Part shown: positions 37,114 to 47,329 of the stretch, one piece after another
Position numbering within the stretch: position 1 is the stretch's first letter
Layout: each line of letters opens with the position of its first letter
IMG/VR virus record: IMGVR_UViG_3300031552_000006
Span: 1-55,906 of that record
Length of the DNA stretch: 55,906 nucleotides
Origin: a virus
Lineage: Duplodnaviria; Caudoviricetes
Direction: 5' to 3' (one strand)
The notes under the pieces: model-generated
The model's database searches: none
Told to the model about the DNA's origin: nothing
The model's input: the letters and a program-made list of their open reading frames with translations, nothing else
Program-made: the position numbers and the translations under genes

Positions 37114-38103
37114 TTAAGGTATTATTAAAGCAATATTATCTTGAACCCCTGATTCGTTATAAAAAGGAATTTCTGAATTAGAAGTAAGGGCTATTTTTTC
37201 TAAAACACCTGATTCGTTATAAAAAGGAATTGATCCGACAGCAGATATGGAGTCATCCACATATTTTTTGTCAACAATTTCGGTATCGGATGTAAAGGTA
37301 GGATGAGAAGTATAACTTCCCATGCTTCCAATAACAAAATTATCATCAGTTTTAAGGGTATCGGCAGTACTCCGGTAAAGATTTGTATCGGTAGCATTTG
37401 TACCATCGCCCCAATCAAATAATCCATCAGCATGAATATGGAGTCTGTAATCAGCATCACCGGCCACATTGATTATTTCTGCAATATCGCTTGAAGAACT
37501 TGCCTGCATATGGATTCCAATAACATCTGGATCGGACCATTCCAAATGCATCATGTATGTAGTGGTAGGGTTGCCAGTATCTTGTTTTAATTCAAAAAGA
37601 TGACCACTTGCATCTCCAGTCCATTCCATAGCAACGCCGCCACTGGGATTTGTAAACCGAAAAGTAAGCGTTTTATTTGCCATTGTGAATGTCTTATCGG
37701 TTGTAGGATCTTCAATTTCATTCAGAGCTATGCCTGTTACTGGCCCCGTAAAAGTTGCTCCGGCAAATGTTGGTGAGGCATCTGTGGTAAGGTCCTGATT
37801 AAGCACGCTCGTGCTTTCTACTGTGAGACTACCCAATAATGATATCGTTTGACTTTGAATACTTGTTAGATTTGGAAGAGTGTCGATCGCATTTTCGATA
37901 GTAGCCTCTGTTGTAGAATCAATTCCAGTTACATCTTTAATATTTAAAATATCCAGCGTCCCCCCGCCTTCAGGCTGAACATTATCAAGAATAGCATCAC
38001 CATCATAGGCAAAACAAGTTAATGAAAATATTGAAATTAACAAAAATATTATGATCGATTTGCTTCGTGAGTTCGCATCACGCATATTCCGCCTCCTATA
38101 CAA
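37114..38103 (-). CDS. Tail fibre-like protein
   Basis: QDLTTDASPTFAG, DTNLYRS.ADTLKTDD, KKYVDD fibre motifs; duplicated IPFYNESGV. Confidence 0.65.
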   Translation of the reverse strand: MYRRRNMRDANSRSKSIIIFLLISIFSLTCFAYDGDAILDNVQPEGGGTLDILNIKDVTGIDSTTEATIENAIDTLPNLTSIQSQTISLLGSLTVESTSVLNQDLTTDASPTFAGATFTGPVTGIALNEIEDPTTDKTFTMANKTLTFRFTNPSGGVAMEWTGDASGHLFELKQDTGNPTTTYMMHLEWSDPDVIGIHMQASSSSDIAEIINVAGDADYRLHIHADGLFDWGDGTNATDTNLYRSTADTLKTDDNFVIGSMGSYTSHPTFTSDTEIVDKKYVDDSISAVGSIPFYNESGVLEKIALTSNSEIPFYNESGVQDNIALIIP

Positions 38104-38567
38104 TCAAAAGTTGCGATTCTATAACCTGAAAGTATCCATGTCGGACTGGGTAATTTAAGATAGGTCCCTGCATTGATTGTTATTGTATGACCACTGTTTG
38201 CCAAAATATAAATTGTCTCACCTTTTGAAAGTCCCGAGATTTGATCAAGATCATCTGCGGTACCTGATTCCGATGATATAGTTACCATCCCTGAACCGGA
38301 TACAGTTATTATGCCACTCAATATCGTAGTATCGACCGGGTCATTCATTCCTTGTGCTGAACTTACTGAATATGAAATAGCAGATGCAATTACACCACTC
38401 GATAAGATAAATTTCTCAAGATCCCTAAAGGTAACAAATTTATCGAGAAAATAACCGGAACTGTCTTTTTGGCCAATATACCCCAATCCAATCTCAAGAT
38501 TTTTTTTAATGGCCAGGATACATTTTTTTATATCAGTTATTCCCGGTATGGCTGAGAAAGAACTCAT
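38049..38567 (-). CDS. Putative tail-associated protein
   Basis: ESGTADDLDQISG motif; tail context. Confidence 0.55.
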   Translation of the reverse strand: MSSFSAIPGITDIKKCILAIKKNLEIGLGYIGQKDSSGYFLDKFVTFRDLEKFILSSGVIASAISYSVSSAQGMNDPVDTTILSGIITVSGSGMVTISSESGTADDLDQISGLSKGETIYILANSGHTITINAGTYLKLPSPTWILSGYRIATFDCIGGGICVMRTHEANRS

Positions 38568-39148
38568 AATAAAATTTCATACAAGAACTCAAGGCCCCAG
38601 GTAACGCCGCCAGTATTTGCGTAATTCATAACGAGGCCATCATATGAACCGAGATAATCTGAATATTGTGTACGATCTATTATTCCCCCAAGGGCTCCAT
38701 TCGCATTAACAGATCCAAGAGGAACATTCCATGTGTCACCTGAATTATGATCAAGGGTCTGAGACAGGGCTTCATCCGCTCCGGCTGCATCTAAGGTCAA
38801 CCTGGTTTGAAGAATCCGCCAGCCTCCCGGAAGCATATGGAGCACATTATACATATCAAAATAGATAGCATAGGTCTCGGTGCCTGCGGGAGTTTCGGCA
38901 ACATAGGCAGCCGTGATATTTACTGTATTGGCATCGGCAACAGTAATTTTATGAATGCCATCATAGTTAGTTGTTCCGATTATTATTATATGGGTACCAT
39001 CAATTAAACCATGCGCTGTGATAACGATGCCAACGGTTCCATCACCATTATTTATGACCGCCGAATTGGCCAAAGTACCATTTAAAGCCCCGGTACCATA
39101 AAGCCTGGACCTATCGATTATAATATTTTTCTTATCCCAGGTGTTCAT
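38564..39148 (-). CDS. Putative virion protein
   Basis: AHGL..G..I.I.GTTNYDG motif common in virion beta-barrel domains. Confidence 0.55.
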   Translation of the reverse strand: MNTWDKKNIIIDRSRLYGTGALNGTLANSAVINNGDGTVGIVITAHGLIDGTHIIIIGTTNYDGIHKITVADANTVNITAAYVAETPAGTETYAIYFDMYNVLHMLPGGWRILQTRLTLDAAGADEALSQTLDHNSGDTWNVPLGSVNANGALGGIIDRTQYSDYLGSYDGLVMNYANTGGVTWGLEFLYEILL

Positions 39149-39157
39149 AATTTCCTC

Positions 39158-42100
39158 CTATTTTTGATTTCTTTTTAATTCGTTATATTTTTGATTCAAA
39201 TTATCTAAAATATTCCTGAATCGAAGTCTATCCTCTTGAGACATGGATCTATTACTTATTTTATTGATATATTTTTTCCTGAATATAGGAATTATTTTTA
39301 ATAACTCTTTATCATTTGCATATTGAATTCCATAGGCTAAATTTTCAAGACTTAAATATTTTGCCGTTTTTTCAATAGGATCTTCTTTAGCTTTTCTTTG
39401 AATATCAAGTTTATCCCGATATGTAATTGATCCATTTTTTAAAGCATCGTTTAATTTTATTCCTGCATCTTTATCTTTACGCCTTAGAGCCATTTCTAAT
39501 TGTCTTTTAACCTGACTCTTTTCAAATTGTTTTTTAGTACGTAAACCTCTATTCTTTTCTCGTGAAATTTTAAAGGCCCAATCTTCAAATTCCGATCTTG
39601 TATAAGTTGATGGTGCTGGCATAACACCAAATTCAGGACCGATCAATTTCATAGGATGTTTTTTTAAAGTTTCTAAAAATCCACCACTTCGATCTGATTC
39701 TTTTTTTGCACCTCTTAACCAAAAAGGAGTAAATTGTTTTAAAATATATTGTCCTTTTTCTATTTGTCGAATAATAAAAGGATCATCCTCATTATATATT
39801 TTAACTCCATAATAATCTTCATTCTGAGCAATATCCTTGATAAGCCCAATTAAAGGATGTGTTTTGTTTAGAATAACTTCTTTGGGATTCCTTGAATATG
39901 CCCAGACATCTTTCATATAAGATGGTAGTACCATCCTTTCAGGTCTGCCATATTCATCAATTCCACCGGTCCGGAATGCCCAGAAATCTTTACCTTGTGG
40001 TTTCTCCCCAGTAAAGGCATATGTCAAAAGCCCTCCTAATATTCCAAAAACAGTAAAAAGAGCCATTGTATAAGCTATTCTATCCGGCATATTTTCAGGC
40101 ATCTTTTTTGTCTTTACCCATTCATTAAGAAATTTACCTGTGTCTTTAATAGAACCTCCAATTTCTGCAATTGTACCGCCTGTCCATCCAGGAGCCCGAA
40201 TTAAAGCCTGAACAATATTTTTGGACCAATTTTTAATAAATAAACGATTATAACGAACTTGGCCAAGACGAGCATCCACTCTATTCCATGCCTGCCTGAA
40301 TTCAGGTATTAATTCTTCCAATGTTTTATCCGGGTTCATGTCAATGATACGTCCGGCAAGTTCTCCGAAAATACCGGCTTTTTGGCGTGGAACCAAAATA
40401 TCAATAATAGGTTTAGCCATTACCTCAGAAAATATAAAAGGAGATTTAAGGCCAAGTTTTATTTTTCCTTTCATTCCACTATTCAAATCTTTGTTAATGT
40501 CCTGAAATAAATCAGTTCTTAAGCCTCTTTCCATCTTAAAGCCACCTCCGGCTAGTTCAGCAGCTTTTGTAATCATGGCGATTCGAGTAGGATTGTCAGA
40601 TGGTAATTCAGATATTTTTTGATCAATAGGAATATCAATTGTAGGAGATATCCATTCATTTAATATTTTACTTCCCTCCATGGGATTCAAAATAAATCCT
40701 ATAGGAATTCTTTTTGTAGTTTTATAAAGATCTGTTATCGATCGATTTCCTTTAATAAGACCATATAAATCTTTATACATACCTGCTGTTTGAGAGGTTA
40801 TTGCTTCACCAGTAGTAAAACCTGCATGAAAAGCAGATCCGATACCGAGTTGAAATTGATTCAATAAATTAGCAGTTCCCATATAGGCAGAAAAAACTTT
40901 CCCAATATATTTATTATTATAGAGTGGAGAAGAAAGATAATTATTTAAAACATCTGCAACCGCTTCCTTTGCAATCCATTGTCCTATTATCGGAAAGCCT
41001 CCGATATTTATTTTGTTCTGTAATTCTTTATATGAAATTCCAGCTTTAATCTCTGTTAAAGGTTTAAGTTCTGGAACACTTTTTAAAAATTTTTCAAATG
41101 CATCATAGACATGAGGCGCAACTTCCATCAATCTTTCAGGAGCCTGAGTATAAGCTTCAAGAATATGTGCAATTTTTTCAGCTTTTGTCCTAACTTTTTG
41201 TTTAAAATATTTTGAAGGAGCTTTTCCTTCCCAGGTAAGATCTGATAAAGCTCTCAATTCATTCTGGATTGTTGCCTGTAATTTTTGAGTCGCACCTTTT
41301 GTAATATTTCCTCTTTTTCCAATACCTCGCGCATCTTTTACGATGCTATTCCATAGATTATATTTTTGATCTAAAGCATGCCCTATTTCATGCCCAAATA
41401 TTCCCAATTCTGTAGCATATTGAGTTTTTATCCCTTCAAGTGGTGAATATGCACCCAATCGCCCACGTCCAGCATTCATTTTTCTTTGATGAGAAATTCC
41501 TAGATTTTTAGCAGTTTCTGATAAAGCATTATAAATATTCTGATCTACATACTCAGAGGTTAAAACTTCAGGAGGGCCATATACAGTTCCATATCGATCA
41601 TCTATTTTTGCAAATCCTTCTGGGATATTTTTTCCTGATTTAAGAAATTGGATATCTCCTTTTTCTTTCCATTCTTTTATGGCTCTGTTTGCCATAATAG
41701 ACCGATCCATTTCGGCAAGTTTAAGCCTTATAATATCAATAGGATTATTTGAAATAGGTCTAAGTCCAAGGTCTATTCCTGACATAATATCGTCAAAAAC
41801 TTTTTGTTTTCGGAACGATTCTTTTCCTTTAAATGGTCTTTTTGATAAATATTCAAGGCCGTTTTTATCTGAGCCTTTTCCTTGCTTCAATAATTGATTG
41901 ACTCGATTTTTAATAACTGCTTTTTGTTTATCGGAAAGCATATGAATTTTATCAGCAATGACAGGATATTTTTCAAGCGCTTCAGCAATAGCTTGGTTAA
42001 AAGCCCGTCTTGATTCCCATGTCCACATACCGGGAAAATAATTTTCTCTTACAGTTTGAAGCGGGACATCAGCAGCTTCAAGTTTATCGAGTCTATCTTT

Positions 42101-45100
42101 AAAAAATGTGTTGGCCATGATTTTTAATTTATTCATCGCATCAGACATTCTTCGTCCCATAGACATATCTGACATAAATTTCAGGCCTGGATTTTGATTA
42201 TCTGGCATATTAGGATCATGAACTTTAAGTCTATTAAATAATTTTGAGGCATCTTTTAAAGTATTATTTGCTATTTCAGCATCACGTCCCATTGATCCAA
42301 GGTTCTTTCCCAATACTTCGGCTGCTTTTAAATGTTCAGGACTTTTATTTGTGGGAATTAAAAGACTTTCCAAACTTCCTTTTATTTCTTTAAAAGGTTC
42401 AAGAATTTTTTCCAGCCCGGGAGTATACAGTTTTGCCAAACCTTTGGATTCTTCTTCAGGAGTACTGATCTGATTCTCTTTTGTCCCTTTTTCATTTATC
42501 CATGATTCAACATTTTCAGCATTTTTATTTTTAAAACTGATTGATCCGCGATCCTCTTTAAGTTTATCGAAAATAGGTTTGAATACATCGCCGAATATTT
42601 TATCTTTTATCCTTCTCAAAGTATGAAGAATCTTTTCCCAGAAGGATTTGGTATAATTTTCTTTGATCCTGAAAGCTTCGGCAGCCTTTTCCTCACTCCC
42701 ATATTTTTTAAATATATTTGCCCTATCTTCGCGTTTCAATAAATTGAAAAGAAAATGAAATTTCTCATGGCTCAGGTCTCCCGGGTCAGACCATGAGGCT
42801 AATTCAATAAGGCTTACGCCGTTCCTGGGAGTAAAAGCGCCATTTATTCTGGCTTCATCGCTCGCAAACTTTCTCTTTATCTCATCCGGTGTCTGGCCAT
42901 AATCCTTCGCAATTTGGTCAATGTCACCCACTATAAAATCATTTTGAGGGTCAATAAGTAATTGTTTACCATTTGGTAATTCCACGAAAAATCCGGTTAT
43001 TGATTTATCATCGAATTTCAAAATTATGTTTTGCCATGTCTTACTGCCCGGGAAAGCCTTCTGTATGTCCTGTTTCGTCACTCCCTGAAGTTTTTCTTTT
43101 TGTGCTTTGGAGAGGGAGAACTTCTTGCCTTTTATATAATTCTTTGCTTCTTCTAATGAATTAAAGGATCGTATATCTTCAGGCTTATAATTAACAACTT
43201 CATCAGTCATTGGAGAAACTACGCCATCATATCCTAACTCCTGTAGATATTTTCCTGGATCAGTATAATCTTTTCCAAAATCTCTTATATTTTTATATTT
43301 TGTATTTTTTAGAATCCAATCATCAAGAGATTCATAATTACCAAGAATAAGAGGATTTTTAGGATAAGCATTAACATATGCTTTTGGCATACCATATGAT
43401 TTTGCCTTATTTTTATTAAGCCCAAAATATGTGCCATATCCTAATGTGGCAGTTCTTTTACCTGTATTTTCATCTTCTCCGCGCCATAATATTTTATCAG
43501 GATTCCTAGTTTTCTGGATAGAATATTTCTTACCGGATTCCTGAGAAGGATATTCCCGTATCTGCTCAGGCTGGACCTTGACTTTCTTTCCGGTTGCAAG
43601 GGTTATTTCAATCTTACCGGAGTCCTTACCCCTTTTAATTTCTCGGTATTCTGTGAACGGCTTTACGCCGCCCTTGTCGAGCCTGACCATACCGGGAGTA
43701 GTTGCCTTAGTCTCTTCCTTCGTTGATTGTGGGGCAGATTTGGGAGCTTCTTCACTATAAAATGATTTAAATGAATTGCCTGAAGGGCTATGGAGGACAT
43801 CGCTGTCAGTTGAAGTTCTTGCGCCTCCCCACCCTGTTTTTAATAAGACCATCGCTGTATCAGTTTTTATAGCATCTTCAAGATCTGATATTTCAGCTTT
43901 TGTGGCATCTCTTAAACCCATGCCTGATTTTTTTATTTTTTCAATACCTTTACTCGTAACTCTAAAATCACCCTCCCCAATTATCCTTACGACTGGATAT
44001 TCTATTCTTCCAGATTTACTTACAACCCCTTTATCTGTTTTATCGGTAATTGCTTTCCATAAATCAGACTCATTTTCAGCAAGTCTCGGTTTATTTGACT
44101 TCTTCTTCTCCGGCTGAAATTCTGGTTTACTTTCTTCCGCCTTTGCCGCCTCTTCCACCTTTACATTTTTTGTTTCGGTCCCCTTAACCTCTGTCTGTGA
44201 TGTTTTTTGCGGAGTATCGGCAGGCGTTTTAGGGGCCTTCTTTTCCTCCGGTCTCTGCTCAAGCTCTGCCATTGCCTGTGGCTGAGCTTGGACTTTTTTT
44301 TCTTTAAGAATTTTTCTAGGCCCTGTTTCAGATGAATCTAATTCAACATTCCATGTAAAACCCTTTTCTACAGTTTGCCCATAATTATTAGGGTCAAGAG
44401 CTTGGTTAACTTTTTCTGTAGGATAATCTACATATTGAAGCTCTGCATCTTCTCTATAATTTTTTGCATATTTTTTATTTGTGCTAAACCATGCCGGACC
44501 AGTTACCCTACCATTTGTTGCGCTACCATGATATAGCCTTGTCATTCCTTTTGGAATAGGAGGCTCTTTAACCAGTGGCTCCCTTGTCGACTTTTCAGAT
44601 GGTATCTTTTCCCCTATATTCTCCCCACGTCCTGCCGTTGCCTCTGGCTGAACCTCGCCCCCTGCGACTTCCTGTACCGGCTTGGGCGAGATCGTCGATC
44701 CTGGGGCATTTTTGGAGTTTATCGCATCTTTAAGCTCATTAAAGGAATAAATCTTTTTATGACCATCAATAAGGAATTTTACCCTTTTTACATCGACATT
44801 GGAATCAATCAAGACTTCCTTTGTATGAGCATCGGTTTTTTTAATAATCGAATCTTTTGGAAAGACAAGGGCCATATTATGTTTCTCATACGAACCATAG
44901 GCCGCAAAAACATCATCATTCTTGCCCAGAATAGGCTGGGCATGAATAGCGCCATATTCTGAGGAGACAGGCATGTACCCATTTTTAAGGATAGATTTTA
45001 TTTCATCTACGGTCCCGAATCTGACTGCACCATCAAACTCACCACTTTTTATACCCGCAACCACTTGGTTTTTCAGCTTTGTTTTTTCTGCTATGACTTC

Positions 45101-47329
45101 TTTTTGAGAAGCTTTTGGATTGTTAATCACTTCATCAATGGATTTTTCTGAAGAGGATAGATTTTCATTTCCGGATCTGGCGGTATTTTCCATTCGTCCA
45201 GGTTCTGCCTTGGCTTCTAAAGTTTCCCTTAAGAGCTGCGCCCGGGTAGCAAGACGGGTCCCTTCATTTATGAGTTCATTTGCCTTGGCCCTCTTTCCCT
45301 GCTTATTCGCGGCCATCGCCTCATCCATGATCTTTTTTCTTTGAGCTTCTACTTCTTCCCGTAAAGCATCAACTCTTTTAAGCTGTGCATCGGATGCAAC
45401 TTTTGAAAAAGCGATCGCATCTTCGGTGCTATTCAGTTCCGGAATTTCAACATTATTTTTTTCAGCCGGTTTTGTCTGGTCTCCATTTTTCAGCCAGTCC
45501 TTAAACTCATTGATGGAAAATTCCTGTATACTTCCAAGACCTTTCCATCCTTTCTTGTAATTTGAAAGATATCCGATTCGAGCCTTTTTTTCATTTTCAT
45601 AACCCATTAATACCTTGTTTTCATCAAATTTATTAGTATTAGGGTTCATCTGCTTTACAACATAGACCTTTTCGCTTTCAGGTTTAGGGCCGACAAAGAC
45701 ATCAAGTTGCTCATTTTCTCCACCTACGGTTCGACGAATATATCCGTAATGGGAGGTCATTTCATTTTTCCAGGGCTTCCCGGATTTTGAAATACCTTTC
45801 CTGATCGATCCTTTTGGGTTCTCAATACTGATATCAAGCCCATGGATCTTTATTTTGCCTTTTTTATAGTTGCCGGCCTTGACCTGGGCAGGGGTGGGTT
45901 CAGGAGTTTCATTCTGAGGGGATGTCGCTGCCTGGTGCGCCTGCTGGTCAATATCGATATTTCCATTAATATTGAGCGGATCGAGTTCCGGCGCTAACTG
46001 CTGCCCCTCCCCACGTGCGGATTGTTCGGGTTGGAGTTCCATATTCTGGCCGCCGATCCCTGGGCGTTCTTGTATAGGCGGTCCCTCGTTGCCTTGGACA
46101 TATTCTCCCTGGGATGTCTGGCTTCCCAATTGTCCACTTTCTTCTGGAATTTCTGATCCCTGATTTTCTCGTAACCTGCTGGCATTATCAATTTCCTCCT
46201 GTGATAAAGGTAATTTTGCTTCTTCGTCTGTTAAATTTACCTCTTCCCCCATAAATTTTTGAGCTTCCTGATTTATTTCCTCAGGAGTTGGTTGTGGCTC
46301 AGGTTCAGCTTTTGGCACCGGTTTTGTCGGACCCGATTTAAGATCGGTCAAATCTATAGGCTCAACAGGAGAAGGTTCGGGAGTTATTTCTTGTTTTTTA
46401 GTAATAATTTGATCAGTTAAATCTGTGGGCTCGCTCTTAACTCTTAATTCATTAAGCTTTGCATTCCACAAATCACTGCCAGGACCGGCTTTTCTTAATA
46501 AATCACCCTCTGACATATTAGGGTTCTTTTTCATGGTATCGGCAAAATCTTTAATAATTATACGCCGTTCCGGAATAGTAAGCTGTCTATAAGCTGTACT
46601 ATTTTTTATTTCATCAAATATGCCAAATAGACCGAATGTGGCTGACACTTCGCCGATACTCGAAAGAAATGGCTCAAGGACTGGAATAGGATCTTCATCC
46701 TGTGGCATATTGGGATCTTTCAAGGCATTATTTATAATCTGCCCTACCATTCCTAAGCCTTTCCCGGCTTTTTCCGGTATGTAAGACATAACTTTATTTA
46801 ATGCTTCTAATCCCTGAGCATCTTCAGGAGTTTTTATGAAATTCATGGCGCTCATACGCTTATCCAAAGTCTGTTGCGCCTCTTTCAGACTTCCAGGTTC
46901 AAGTTTATACCATGGAGCATTAGGATCTGTTGAAATACGGGGAATAAGTTTTGTTGCTGCCTCTACACCTGCGCCAGGTGTTACTGCCATTGAGCCGGCA
47001 ATTGTTCCTAATACTCGAGACGGAGATGCGTTATCTTCAACGTTTGATATTTTGTTATTTCCCCTATCGATGGAAATAACTCCTAAAGGACCACCCATAA
47101 GATTAGGTACATAAGTAGTTTTTTGAGGACCTACTTGCATAGCGGGAGCTGAGGAAGAAGGATTATTTGATGGCGCAGCATTATGCTGTTCTTTTACAAG
47201 ATCATTGAAAAGGCGATCACTCTGCTGGTCCTCTTTGCTTTTAGGGGCCTCGTAAATCCCAAGAGGATCAAAATTACTTTGTTTAGTATTATCGCTCGAT
47301 TCATTATATATCCCAAGAGGATCGATCAT
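39158..47329 (-). CDS. Giant polyvalent-type internal virion/ejection protein (2723 aa)
   Basis: Inorganic-pyrophosphatase-like domain (GNYKKG..IENPKGS.R..HYGYI), ART-like segments (LYHGS..WFST; LWRGE..GTYF), HExxH motifs (HEKFH, HEIGH). Confidence 0.8.
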   Translation of the reverse strand: MIDPLGIYNESSDNTKQSNFDPLGIYEAPKSKEDQQSDRLFNDLVKEQHNAAPSNNPSSSAPAMQVGPQKTTYVPNLMGGPLGVISIDRGNNKISNVEDNASPSRVLGTIAGSMAVTPGAGVEAATKLIPRISTDPNAPWYKLEPGSLKEAQQTLDKRMSAMNFIKTPEDAQGLEALNKVMSYIPEKAGKGLGMVGQIINNALKDPNMPQDEDPIPVLEPFLSSIGEVSATFGLFGIFDEIKNSTAYRQLTIPERRIIIKDFADTMKKNPNMSEGDLLRKAGPGSDLWNAKLNELRVKSEPTDLTDQIITKKQEITPEPSPVEPIDLTDLKSGPTKPVPKAEPEPQPTPEEINQEAQKFMGEEVNLTDEEAKLPLSQEEIDNASRLRENQGSEIPEESGQLGSQTSQGEYVQGNEGPPIQERPGIGGQNMELQPEQSARGEGQQLAPELDPLNINGNIDIDQQAHQAATSPQNETPEPTPAQVKAGNYKKGKIKIHGLDISIENPKGSIRKGISKSGKPWKNEMTSHYGYIRRTVGGENEQLDVFVGPKPESEKVYVVKQMNPNTNKFDENKVLMGYENEKKARIGYLSNYKKGWKGLGSIQEFSINEFKDWLKNGDQTKPAEKNNVEIPELNSTEDAIAFSKVASDAQLKRVDALREEVEAQRKKIMDEAMAANKQGKRAKANELINEGTRLATRAQLLRETLEAKAEPGRMENTARSGNENLSSSEKSIDEVINNPKASQKEVIAEKTKLKNQVVAGIKSGEFDGAVRFGTVDEIKSILKNGYMPVSSEYGAIHAQPILGKNDDVFAAYGSYEKHNMALVFPKDSIIKKTDAHTKEVLIDSNVDVKRVKFLIDGHKKIYSFNELKDAINSKNAPGSTISPKPVQEVAGGEVQPEATAGRGENIGEKIPSEKSTREPLVKEPPIPKGMTRLYHGSATNGRVTGPAWFSTNKKYAKNYREDAELQYVDYPTEKVNQALDPNNYGQTVEKGFTWNVELDSSETGPRKILKEKKVQAQPQAMAELEQRPEEKKAPKTPADTPQKTSQTEVKGTETKNVKVEEAAKAEESKPEFQPEKKKSNKPRLAENESDLWKAITDKTDKGVVSKSGRIEYPVVRIIGEGDFRVTSKGIEKIKKSGMGLRDATKAEISDLEDAIKTDTAMVLLKTGWGGARTSTDSDVLHSPSGNSFKSFYSEEAPKSAPQSTKEETKATTPGMVRLDKGGVKPFTEYREIKRGKDSGKIEITLATGKKVKVQPEQIREYPSQESGKKYSIQKTRNPDKILWRGEDENTGKRTATLGYGTYFGLNKNKAKSYGMPKAYVNAYPKNPLILGNYESLDDWILKNTKYKNIRDFGKDYTDPGKYLQELGYDGVVSPMTDEVVNYKPEDIRSFNSLEEAKNYIKGKKFSLSKAQKEKLQGVTKQDIQKAFPGSKTWQNIILKFDDKSITGFFVELPNGKQLLIDPQNDFIVGDIDQIAKDYGQTPDEIKRKFASDEARINGAFTPRNGVSLIELASWSDPGDLSHEKFHFLFNLLKREDRANIFKKYGSEEKAAEAFRIKENYTKSFWEKILHTLRRIKDKIFGDVFKPIFDKLKEDRGSISFKNKNAENVESWINEKGTKENQISTPEEESKGLAKLYTPGLEKILEPFKEIKGSLESLLIPTNKSPEHLKAAEVLGKNLGSMGRDAEIANNTLKDASKLFNRLKVHDPNMPDNQNPGLKFMSDMSMGRRMSDAMNKLKIMANTFFKDRLDKLEAADVPLQTVRENYFPGMWTWESRRAFNQAIAEALEKYPVIADKIHMLSDKQKAVIKNRVNQLLKQGKGSDKNGLEYLSKRPFKGKESFRKQKVFDDIMSGIDLGLRPISNNPIDIIRLKLAEMDRSIMANRAIKEWKEKGDIQFLKSGKNIPEGFAKIDDRYGTVYGPPEVLTSEYVDQNIYNALSETAKNLGISHQRKMNAGRGRLGAYSPLEGIKTQYATELGIFGHEIGHALDQKYNLWNSIVKDARGIGKRGNITKGATQKLQATIQNELRALSDLTWEGKAPSKYFKQKVRTKAEKIAHILEAYTQAPERLMEVAPHVYDAFEKFLKSVPELKPLTEIKAGISYKELQNKINIGGFPIIGQWIAKEAVADVLNNYLSSPLYNNKYIGKVFSAYMGTANLLNQFQLGIGSAFHAGFTTGEAITSQTAGMYKDLYGLIKGNRSITDLYKTTKRIPIGFILNPMEGSKILNEWISPTIDIPIDQKISELPSDNPTRIAMITKAAELAGGGFKMERGLRTDLFQDINKDLNSGMKGKIKLGLKSPFIFSEVMAKPIIDILVPRQKAGIFGELAGRIIDMNPDKTLEELIPEFRQAWNRVDARLGQVRYNRLFIKNWSKNIVQALIRAPGWTGGTIAEIGGSIKDTGKFLNEWVKTKKMPENMPDRIAYTMALFTVFGILGGLLTYAFTGEKPQGKDFWAFRTGGIDEYGRPERMVLPSYMKDVWAYSRNPKEVILNKTHPLIGLIKDIAQNEDYYGVKIYNEDDPFIIRQIEKGQYILKQFTPFWLRGAKKESDRSGGFLETLKKHPMKLIGPEFGVMPAPSTYTRSEFEDWAFKISREKNRGLRTKKQFEKSQVKRQLEMALRRKDKDAGIKLNDALKNGSITYRDKLDIQRKAKEDPIEKTAKYLSLENLAYGIQYANDKELLKIIPIFRKKYINKISNRSMSQEDRLRFRNILDNLNQKYNELKRNQK

